Below, piece after piece: positions 10,955 through 22,400 of a DNA stretch of 64,000 nucleotides. A program made the translations under genes and the position numbers. Positions within the stretch are counted from its first letter, which is position 1. The number at the start of each line of letters is the position of its first letter. Source of the stretch: Styela clava (taxonomy: Eukaryota); contig NC_135255.1 in NCBI RefSeq assembly GCF_964204865.1, positions 7,316,001-7,380,000 on the forward strand, written 5' to 3'. The notes beneath the pieces are model-generated. The model saw only the letters and a list, made by a program, of their open reading frames with translations, searched no databases and was not told where the DNA came from.

Positions 10955-13900
10955 TGCGTTAGTTGAGAAGTATTATCTATATAAGGTTATAAAATTAGCT
11001 GGAGATCGAGACTTCTACGCAGTGACGTTATTGTCCAAGTGGGCGCAAAAGACTTCCTTCCACAATGGCGTTCTCTATATTGAACAGTGCAGTATTTCTA
11101 AATAACTGACTTCAGTAATATATTTTCTGTATAAATATAAAACAATAATTAGTGTGGGTGTAATGACTGCTGATTAGAAACAGTAGGCGTTAAGCTTTTC
11201 AACACTTTTGACTGATATGTAAAAGAGGAAGAAGCAGGGTCCCGAAAATAGTGAAAATTTTACCATACATTGTCCTAAACACTTAATAGCGATCTATGCC
11301 TAGACAAATAATATTTTGCAACTAAAATATTACATCAGGTTGTGCTGAAGAGCGTTCTTAGTCCAATAAATAATTCAAGAGATATTTGCGGTAATGGTGC
11401 TGCTTTTGCGCAGACAGTCCCATACGAGGTCGCCACGTGCAACGTTCAGCACGATGATAAACATCTGGTTCATAATGTGCAGTTTATTAGAAAAATTCAA
11501 CTAATTTATTTCCCGTTACCAAGGAGTGCGTTTGAGATATGAACGCGCTGTTTTGTATAAGAGAACTAATATAAATAAATGACTATGTATAACCCCATGC
11601 CCAATTAGAAATAAAAGAAAATAGGAATCTTGTCTCGATACTAATATTTATTCTCCTAACCTTTTTGTTATAGAAATGGTAGGTATAACATTCAACAAAT
11701 AAAATGTTTGTATAGATGTGTTGCAAAAGAAGCTATGCCGATTTACAGAAAATCGAAATTATTCTTTGTCCTGAAGGAGCAAATCATGGATTGTGGCTAG
11801 GTGAAATAGATTATTAAATCGAGAGTTGAGGCATAAAGTAAAACTTAAAACTACGTTTTTCCATTTGCAAACAACAATTGAAAAAAGCCTACATGCAGGA
11901 ATTCATCTCCCGAACGGTCACATATTTACAGAATCAGCTTACTGACTATACTTTAGTAATGATCGTTTTTTTATTGACTTTCTTCCTACATGTTTCATGC
12001 TTTGTGGATACGGCAAAAAATAATTATCACCAGCTCAAACCTACTTTAAATTACCTTACAAACTCTACTCTATTTTAGATTACTTTCCTGGATTACCTAA
12101 ACAGGAGTTGAAAATTATTCGCACACTGAGTTTTGTTTTACTAAGCTAAGCGCTTGCTTCGCATTACCATTAATGGTGAAGTTAGACGCCTGATTTCAAC
12201 CACGACTAAAAAGCTACGTAATAAATTCGCCTAAAATACTGGTTTGTTCTATCAACAGCGTTTAGGCCTTACCTTTGCCAATCGGTTAATTCAGCCTGAG
12301 GGCATGATACTACCGGGCCTGTAACGTCAGACTGGAATGTATCGAATAGATGCATGAGCAAAACTGAAATTTCAATCTGAACCAAAGTAAGAAATTTACA
12401 TTTGAACACTACGTGGGCGAGGGATGTCGAGAAATATTATGCGCGGCTTACGCTGAGAACACACATGATGAATGAAACAGTGCGTTCAAATTTTTGAATG
12501 GAAAACAGATGCATTCGCGTCGCTGAAAATCAATCGCATTCGCGTTTCATTAAACCGGAGGGGGGGGGCAGTTTTACTCCTATCGCACAAGGATCGAAGA
12601 TACTCCGAGCGGAAATACAGTCGTATATATCTCTCGAGGATAGTCATGTTCAAAAAAGAAATTGAATTTTCAAAAGTGTGATGGATGAGTATTGACTGCA
12701 TAAAGTGGATTATCGCTCCCAATTGGCCAATCTTCCACACATCGAGATGATTTCTACTAAGCCTTAATGAAAACTGGAAGACTTCATCTTACAAAATTGA
12801 TTACATTTCTAATGAATATGCAATCTTATGCCAAATAACAATAAAAACCTTTCAATAAAGGTGGATGCTAATTTTTGATTTTGTAGGATTAATCGAAATC
12901 ATCAATTTCCGAATGAAATATTTCTGTTTCCAGCGAATCAATAATACGGAGTAAATGATACTGTTTACCTAAACGCCTAATTGAATAATCCGGCCGAGAG
13001 AAAATCTTGAACGGAATACAATACCTCTTCTGCCAAAGGTGTTCCGAATTATACTGCGTTACAGCAAACAAATCATATCTTGTGATTTTTACCGTACGTG
13101 CTGTAATTTAGAAGGGGGAAAACTCAATTCAAAGTAAAATCATTAGCGACCACTGTCAACAAAGGAACTATTTTAAATAAATTATCAGGGCCCTCCCGCA
13201 AACGCTCAACCATGCCGCTTCTATATATATCTTAAAAATCGACATGGCCAGGAAACAGTTTGGTTGCAAGGAATTCTGCACTACCTGACATTTTCAGGAA
13301 GAGAATAGAAAAATTTCGTTGACAAGGGGATATAATCATTACGCCTGGATGAATCGAGTGCGAAAACTTATAAATATTTTCTGGCTGAAGCAGGACCGGC
13401 TTAATTAATATGGTAATATCATTACCAGTGAAGTCATACTAAACAGAGACTGCTTTCATCCTAACTATCCGAGATTTTCAATCGCGACTATCGATTGGCT
13501 GCGAACTCCCATTAGTTATCGGCCATTGTACCGCAAACGAGAAATGTCTTCCGAAACTTTTGTCACCTGGAATTATCCACCGGCGCTTCTAGCAGTGTTA
13601 ATTTGAATATATCCATAGCACGCCCCAGTCAATCGGGCGTTTTCCAGCTCTGTCTGGAATAAATTGAAGCCTGGAGCTTGGTTTTTATTCGTGAATAAAA
13701 TACTGACGGAGTTATAAAAATTGAATAATTATGGACGAGGCGGGCTTATGCTATGTGAGCAGAGGATACCTCGGATTCAATTAAACAAGGTTAAAAGATT
13801 GGGAATCGCGTAAAGTAGAACGAACTGAACACGTCATATGTGCACTTGTGCAGTCATAGACGTCAGATAATGCTTCCGGCTTCCGCGATCCTCACATCGA

Positions 13901-16331
13901 CTAATCATATACCTATAGAGCTTACTACTTACTGCAGTTGTATAAAAAAGCATTTCGCCATTTAGGCGCATTCCATATCCAAACCTACTTATCCGAAGGT
14001 TATTCCACTGCAGCAAACAATTCAAACAGTTAAATTAATGGGCTACAGGAAAAGATCAATGATCAAAGTGGATCAATAACATTATCACGAAACAACGCAG
14101 TATGCGCTTTATCTATCGGGAACTTAATCCATCTTATTCAGTCATTTTTGACATTTGATGAAATATACTGGGCTTGCTACTGCAGTACTATGAGATTCGA
14201 AAACTCATTCATTTCAAACCCGTACAATACTATCGTAATACTCGAAGAAAAAATATTCACAGGCTGATACAGTTAAACCTGTGATATCAATCTCCTGATA
14301 TCATAATGTCTGAATGAGGAAACCGGAGAGAGTTGGCACAATTTGATGAGATATAGGCTATGTCTGTATGTGTAAAATTCAGACACGACAACTCAACGCT
14401 CCATTCCAATTCCCATCTATACTTCCTCATTTGTTCTGAACAATTCTCGGTACATTTGAAACCGCGTTTACTGAATTCGTTTAAAAACGCATACCCATGG
14501 ACAAATGAAAATATAGTATTTACACCGAACACCGATAAGGTACAACATACCAGTACATCAACAGAACACTGCTCCTAACACGGTCAATTATGCGTGACGA
14601 TCCACTCACTTTACAGCCCTTTCATTCATTGATAACGCAACCGATCACTATTTTGTTACTACAATAAGACGGCCGAAAGACTCAGCAGCCGGTATCATAA
14701 CGGCTAACAACAAATTATTAAAAAAGAATATCACGGATATAATACAGTGGCAACTTCTGCGACTGAATTCATGCCTGAAGCTATATCATTGATATCTGTT
14801 TAAGCACCTCGCAAACTATTGGCTTTACTTGGTATAATCAATCTGACTGAATATTTCAGCTAATTCAACTTCAGCCAAAGCTAAAAAAACGCGTGAAAAT
14901 GTGAGCTTACTACGGAAGAATAATACTTTTAATAAATTTGTAGCTGTGCTATTATTTAATAAAGCGTACATTAACCGCACAAGTTAAACAAACACAGAGC
15001 GTCGAGTCGGCCTTAGGATATCGCACAGCCTCATTTGGGTGTTGGCAGTCATGAGTGACGTCACGAAGTTTTCCTCTTGGCTCATTTATCGCCACGGTCT
15101 GATACATTCACTCTTCTACATAAGAGAGATTAAAGTTTGCTCTTTGGAGGAGCACGTGAGCACGAGCTATCATAGTGCACGCACCGTGCATTCTTTCATG
15201 GGATATTTTTGCCGCCAAAAATCTCGAATTTCAGTATTTTTAAAGATGCCGTTTCTGACCATATATTTCCAGTACTAATCGTGTTAGATATATAAAGATT
15301 TTTCAAAAGATGTGTAAAAGAGAACCCCGTTCTCGAGATATACAAAAAAATTTCATATAAATATAACGTATTTTATAATAAGCGAGATATTCCCGGTATT
15401 TTCCAAATTAAAATTGCTAAGCTTGCTTTCGATCCATAATACGTAATACCCAATTCAAAATGTTGAGCTCATAACATGTATGTCTTCGTTTGCTGATAAT
15501 TCAACACAAGAATTCTACTTTTCCAGCCAGAATTTGCAAATATGAAAAATATTTAAAAAAAACACGCAAAATTTGTAGCCGATTTAATTTCGTGCCAAGC
15601 TTCAAATTACTGACTTAATTGCCGCACATCTGGCAATTTTTGGAACAGATAATGACATTCATTAGATCGGGTAAGAATATACTGGAAGGTTAAAACGAAT
15701 CTGGGAAATAACATTGGCCAAATCTTGGCATCAGTTGAAAGCCAGTTAGATGTAGGGATTGTTTATATGGCGTCAATCGCCATTCGAATGACCTCCACGT
15801 AAAGGGTATATTGGGCTGTTATTTGAAAGGAGTTTGATTCAAGGGCAGCTACACAAGATGTGGAGGCCTACCGCTGATCAAGTGCAATGTAATACTTTTG
15901 TTATCAACGGATTCACAATGTCTCTAGCCTAATAAAATGTGCCATGGTGATTATTGTCAGGTGTATAGGAATGTTAATATAATTGAAAAATAAAGAGAAA
16001 AGGGGTTGATGAATTTAGAGAAAACAGACTTACCGACTGTCAAGGAGAGCAGTAACTAGGCGTCCCAAGTTATCTACTATATATATTCAGGTTGTATTGG
16101 CTTGAGCCGAGAAATTCGTGGATGTCGGTTGCTCTGGTTGGTGCGATCAAACTATTCGATAGAAATCCCCGGAGTTATGTGCAGCCTCGTGTAATTGTTA
16201 TAACATCACCAACAAGAATACAAGTGAGAGTCACTAGCGTTCTACCTAAATATCAGATATATCCTCGAGATATTTAGCTATATGGCAGGGAAAGGAATTC
16301 CGCTCAAGTTACACGACTTTGCTGCAACATA

Positions 16332-17921
16332 GGGATAGGATAGGATTTACATATTTATCCCGGGGGAGAGGGAAGAGATAAGACGGCTTATCCATATTAG
16401 ATATGTACCGATACCACTTTTTTCGCCGATACCGATACCGATCCGATACCAGCTAAAAACGCCGATACCGATACCGATACGCCGATACTACAAAAAGGCC
16501 GATACTATCGATATTCCGATACCGATACTATGTAATTATTACTTAATTAGGTGTACTGTGTCGGGCAGACGGGTTAAAACAATGGTCTTTGAGCGTTGTT
16601 CATAGCACACATTATTTCAGATCGAAAAGAGATCTATCACATAATATGAAATTGATGTTTGGCATCCAGATGCTTTAACTGATTAAGATACACGTTAGTA
16701 ATCTCGGTGTTCAATTAGAAAAATCCTGAGCCGGGATGTCCAATTCGAATTTATTGTTAATATCGCGACTTTCGAATATCGTTATTTATGTTTAAAAGAA
16801 TATCGCCCACACATTCTAGCGCCGCCGTCCTACGTTCAAATTAAAAGCATTTTACAAATATTTTATTTTGTGGTTAATCGTAATCATCGCCGCAATAAAA
16901 CAAAGCCAACATGAAAGAATATCAATCAGCACCGACGAGAAGAAGGCCTACCCATAACCGTCGAGGAGGTTTTTTTACTTTACTATTTTATAATATTTCA
17001 CAATTGCTATCATATATTTTGAGACAATCTAGTCTAACTCTAGGCGGTCATGTCAAAATATCTATAAAGAAATTGTGTAGTTAAACAAAATTAAAATTAA
17101 TACCTGCGTAGACTGATAATTGTGTCGGAATTTAGTTTATCGATGTCGACGGACTAAAATGATAATAAATGATAGTCGTAATTGACGACAAACAGTCAGA
17201 ATTTATATCCGTGCCAAAAGTGCATGTGCCGTTATTCAGGACCCCAATTCCACTGTATGATTTAAAACTGGGCGCCTACTTGCTTTTTGTTATGTGCTGT
17301 GTTGATATATTTCTTCATAATTACTATGTAATATCAAAAATGTCAATATAAAAATTTGACAGCAAAAATAGCCAAATTAGTTGAGCTAGTTTGGCTGATG
17401 AATAGCTAAAAACAGGTGAATCCTATTCCCCCGCGGGGGTGGGGACAAGTATGGCTCATAGCTCACGATCTCTCCAGACAAAAAATAAATTGAAAAGTAG
17501 TATTCCAACTTATCTTTTAAAACATTCTGGACCAAATCAAAAAGGTAAATATATCGGAAATATCGGCCTTAATCTAACCGATACCGATATATGGCCGACA
17601 CCGAAAAAATGACCGATATTGCCGACACCGATACATCTCTAATCCATATGGCGAACCACGGCCTATCGTCCGGTTACTATTCCAAGTCGGGTATGGGATT
17701 AGTTATATTGTTTGTTTTCGGAACAAGGACTTGGTGGTGGAGGAAGCCGTAACCGACCAGCGGTTACGTGAACCACCCAACGACGGCGAGGAGTCCAGCA
17801 ATCCTCTCGCACATAACCATACCTGCATGAGATTCGAACCTGCGAACCCACGCAGAGTAATTAGAGGTGCGGTGGCGAGCGTATTCCTAACGCTTAGCCC
17901 GTTGAGCCACACCGCCGCGCC
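16332..17921 (-). mobile_element. tRNA-derived SINE, near-intact copy split by a hAT insertion (SINE parts 16332-16397 and 17642-17921)
   Basis: 5' end GGCGCGGCGGTGTGGCTCAACGGG (A box), GGTTCGAATCT (B box), body shared with other copies, 3' tail GATAAATATGTAAATCCTATCCTATCCC. Confidence 0.85.
16398..17641. mobile_element. Non-autonomous hAT (Ac-like) DNA transposon, 1244 bp
   Basis: Exact 8-bp TSD ATCCATAT (16390-16397, 17642-17649); TIRs TAGATATGTACCG / revcomp TAGAGATGTATCG; subterminal CCGATA arrays at both ends; no transposase ORF. Confidence 0.88.
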
Positions 17922-18133
17922 TAAACGCTAAGCAATATATAATGAACGTCCAACTGAACCGACAAAGTGGTGCAACGCTCAAGGTCTAATTACGGCATCC
18001 TTCTCGAATTGTGGTCTTCTTGCGCACTGACCCTAAATTTGAAAAACTGCTAATTTCTTCCAATCGCTCCCTGAAGGTTATAAATATGTCATAACCAGCA
18101 TTGAGTTATAAAAGTGATGCAGCCAGACTCTGC

Positions 18134-18176
18134 CATCATCAACTAACATCAACATCAACTAACATCATCAACTAAA
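18134..18176. repeat. Short tandem repeat (CATCAACTAA-like units)
   Basis: catcatcaactaacatcaacatcaactaacatcatcaactaa. Confidence 0.6.
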
Positions 18177-18230
18177 CTTGAAATGAATGTTATCTAGAAG
18201 CCCTTTGAGGGGATAAATTGAATGTCCATG

Positions 18231-18428
18231 GCAAACTCCTCGTCGCCGTAGGATGGTTCACGTACACGCTGGTCGGTTACTGCTTCCTCCACCATCAAGT
18301 CCAAGCATTTGAAAACTGTCTAACTAATCCCAAGCGAGATATGGTGTGGTAACCGGACAAGAGGCCGTGGTTCGCCATATGATTATCGGTTTTCCTCTCC
18401 CCTGGGATAAATATGTAAATCCTATCCC
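18231..18428 (+). mobile_element. SINE copy, 5'-truncated
   Basis: CTCCTCGTCGCCGTAGGATGGTTCACG...GATAAATATGTAAATCCTATCCC. Confidence 0.82.
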
Positions 18429-18771
18429 AAAACTATGCTGGTAAATTTTGTGCACGGACACTCATAAAAACAATTATCAGGTAAATACTAATCACAAGTT
18501 AACAGGTCTGTAATTGATGAGGCCGATATTCTTGCAATATGCACACAAAACAAAAACAGTAATACGCCAGTTAATGAATGTTTAAAAAGGTTGGTAATTG
18601 GCATGGTCATATCATTTTACATAACAAACTGTCAAACTGTACTGGTCAAGGAAGATTAGCTAAAATGAGTTTCATTCAGTTCTTCACCAAACTTTTCTCT
18701 TCGACCTTCGTCTGAATAAAATCCAAAAATTAAATCTCCAGATACAAGCAACGAAATTTAAAATACAGCTG

Positions 18772-18777
18772 TTTATT
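18772..18777 (-). terminator. Candidate poly(A) signal of DNAH1
   Basis: AATAAA on the minus strand ~445 nt downstream of the stop codon. Confidence 0.4.
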
Positions 18778-19219
18778 ATACCAAATATACACAAAAACAT
18801 AAATATATACCAAAAAACGTATCTATCTGTACAGTTGGAGATATCTCATTTACAGTGATCATTGTATTTGCTGATGTGAAGACTAAATGGAACTAAGAAA
18901 AAACCGGAAAGTACAAAAACTAGGAAGGTGTCAAAAATATGTCCCATATACAATGGCTCATACATGAAATGCAAAGCTCACCCCAAGCTCAAGGCAGAGT
19001 GTAACCTACGGCTGGGAGCGCTAAATGGATATAAGAATAAACTTCAAACATTGGAAAAACAAATAACCAAACATAAACCAAGTATAAAACCATATCAAAC
19101 ACGGGGTATATATAATTGATATTTAACAATCTAATTTATCTACAGATTATACTTGATCATAACTAATTACAACTAATTTTAATTTCAAAATATATACAGC
19201 AAAAGTAACCAAAAACATA

Positions 19220-19400
19220 CTAATAATCTAAAGCGCAAATCATGGCGACTCCACGTTTTATCCAGTGCTTCTGCGATTTTTCAGTTGGTACTTCAACAGC
19301 GATGACATAGTTGGTAGAATGTCCAGTGGTCGACAGAGTTCCAGCTCTTGTTAGAGTTTTGTAGATTGGGCATAAGTAGATTCCTGATGTTGGTGTTACT
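19220..19400 (-). CDS. DNAH1: DNAH1 terminal coding exon w60
   Basis: [25 protein letters not shown]...[15 protein letters not shown]. Confidence 0.95.
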
Positions 19401-22400
19401 CTGCAAAAGAAGGCAATGACATTCAGATACTATCTAATACTCTGAAACATATTTCTCGAATTGCAACGTGAGGGATAGTTGATGAAAATCCAGCAAAAAC
19501 CCAAAGTGTACGTCAGAATTTGTTTAAACAAAACAAATCATAATCCTTAAAAAGTGGTCATTACTGCAATTAGGTTTATTTTGGTAAAATGATTTGATAT
19601 TAAAATTAATAATTGCACAATCCTAGAATGCCATGCTACAGTACCGGTATAGGATGTGTAAGCAATCAGAATATGATTTCCATCCCAAAACGCGTTATGC
19701 TTCGGCTTACTATATTTACATATGCTGAGACTATGTAATTCTCTAAATAATTGCTTAATTACTTCTATGAAAATGAAGAAAATACATTTAACATCTGAAC
19801 TTCTGTTTGTGTATGATTGTACCCAAAAGTTTCAGTAATTTAGGATGAAAGTTATGTTCTCTCTAGAATATGTTGTTCCAAATAACATGGGTTCTCTGTT
19901 TTTTGGGGTCATCACCTCATACTTGAATTTAAATGCTATTTTGACAGCTTAGTGTTTGCTATATATCAATAAGCTTCCATTGGATAAATCTTCGATAAGA
20001 CAAATGGAAATATTTTACATATGGGAATATAGTTTGTAAAGACTTATCAAGCACATAAAGTAGAGATTGAAAACACTCGAATATAGTAAGTATTATTGAT
20101 CAAAAGAATTGTGCCAAATCATACCGATTTGCAGCAGGAACAAGCCACATGATAGCCATATCTGTATATAGTTCTTTTGCTTTGGATTCTGCTAACATAC
20201 CAGTGGTACCATCCCATCTACAACCTTCCAGAAATAGACCACTGATATAACATCCATCTGGTGGTCGAGATTTCAATTCATCTTTAGATTCTTTCATCAC
20301 CTGTTATTTAACAACAAAGATGTGAAAAGACCCACACATTTCTTCTTCCATTTTTCTTCGAAGTAATCAGTAAATAAAAAGCTAGATTGCTTGCTAGTGA
20401 AACTATTTGTTTCTACAATAACTTGATCCATAAATCAGCTCGGTGGTGTAGTGCATAGTGCTAACCTCTGATAACCTTGCATGGGTTCGCAGATTCGATC
20501 CCATACTGGCTCACTAATCCCCTACCCCAAATGGACTTGTAACCGGACGAGAGGCCATGGTTTGCTATAGGATTGAGCCGTCTTATCGCCTTTTCTCTCC
20601 CCCAGAATAAATATGTAAATCCTATCATATCTTAAATTGTACTGAACTGACTAAATTTGACATACATATCGAATTCATAGGATTTCACATTTCATGGAAT
20701 AAACCAGATAAATTATATATTAGAATTGAGCTTGAATAAAAAGGGTAATAGTCTGAATAATGATATATTTCTGAGAAAATGCTTTTATGAACAACATTGA
20801 CATTAAAATTAAAGTAAACAAAAGAGGAACAAGTCAGAATGTATTAATATGGAATTTTGAGCAACTAAAGAACTCACTTTGAAATCAAATGAAACAGTAT
20901 CAATGGATACAACTTCTTTTCTTGCATAATTCTGCAAAGTACCAGTCAGAAAAGCCTGAAAAATAAAAGTAATGCACATATTTTTCAATCATTTTCAATG
21001 CATTTTCATCTGAGATAGAGGTGTTTAAGCAACAGATATCAGACTGCTGTTTCGACACAGCAAATAAAGCCTATATTAAAAAACATAGTATAAAATGTGA
21101 ACCTGAGGAAAGAAGAATCCAGATATCCAGAAAACAGTAGGTACACCATGATCAATCCAATGCTGAATAAACTTCATTCTTGCAAGAAGATCTTCAGTCC
21201 AAGATGCAAGGGGTTTTAATGATGGATATGCCTGAAATGCAACAAAGGTTTTAAATATCTTATAAATATAATAATGTTATAAAAAATCGCAATAAGAATT
21301 GAAAATTTACACAAGAAAATATTAATCATATAAATTTTCAGAAACTACTTTCAGATTTCTTTTCCAATTGTTGATAATTAGGGTCTAGTTCCCTGAAAGC
21401 TGTCAAGGACTTCTAGTTGGCGTGGCATAACCATTTTTGCATATGTCATTTCTAACCCTCACCTGATTACGTCATAAAAAAATTACGTCACTACAACGTC
21501 ACAGGGACAAAATAAGGCCTGTTAAAGTATACGGTTTTTCGTCTAAAATGCGCAGACGATCAACCGAAATCAATCAAGCTATTTCTCTCGTTTTCTCGCC
21601 GTACCGATCCCGATATGAGAGAGAATGCTGGCGTTAGCGAGTTCGTTATTGTCGGCGGAGATGCCATTTCAGACGATCGTAGCTTTTCTTTGGAAAGCTC
21701 CATGGCGTGATTGTGACGTAATTTTCGGATGACATAGTCAGGTGGGGGTTGGGAATACTAAATGTAAAAATGTTTGTGCCACGCCAACTAGAAGTACTGA
21801 CAACGTTTAGTGAACATGCACCGATAATTATGTAGATCAGGGGTGGGCACTTCATTGTTTGAGTGGGCCAAATCCAGATAATAACCTCAAAAATCATCGT
21901 CAGTGGACAAGAAAAAGCTAGGACAGTCAGGGTCGTAATTCAGCAGGCACAATATTGGGCCGGATGAAACAGTTCAGTGGGCCGGATCTAGCCCATGGGT
22001 CATAATTTGCCCACCCCTGATGTAGATGATTTACACTGAGTTCTTTGAATAAAGGTAAATTATACAGGTAAAATACTAATAATACCAATATATAATGAAC
22101 CACAGAAAATGCTTCAAACAAACCTTTCCAGCCCACATTTCAGGAACAGCATTGATGTATAAACTGTTGAACATTTTTTCCAGAGATTCTGACATTACAA
22201 CAAGACCTTTGATTGCTTTCAATAAATCTTGAGACGAAGAAATGATGGTTTTCAGCAATCGATTGTATCTGAAATGTCATAAAATATTCTAGAAATCTTT
22301 CTCAACTCATCCAAAATGGGAAAAAAGTCATATCTGTATGAGTGAGAATTTTAGAATCAGAAGATACCATATTGATAAAGGTTTAAGTAGCAATTGGTAT

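Noticed and set aside
11065-11109. ATGGCG on the plus strand as the start of a divergent gene
   Set aside because: Stops after 14 codons; no downstream exons recognised in 11-16 kb
11100-16300. Short ORFs (60-85 aa) in the intergenic region
   Set aside because: No recognisable domains or splice-linked chain; consistent with random AT-rich ORFs
16408-16530. ACCGAT repeat array resembling a CRISPR or satellite
   Set aside because: No repeat-spacer periodicity, eukaryotic context; these are subterminal repeats of the hAT element
17825-17921. tRNA-like A/B boxes suggesting a tRNA gene
   Set aside because: They are the head of a dispersed SINE and continue into the SINE body; no clean cloverleaf or oligo-T terminator
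17703-17931. ORFs 17703..17912, 17731..17931, 44231..44680 and 3442..3744 with mutually similar peptides ([11 protein letters not shown]...)
   Set aside because: They are translations of the non-coding SINE, not a protein family
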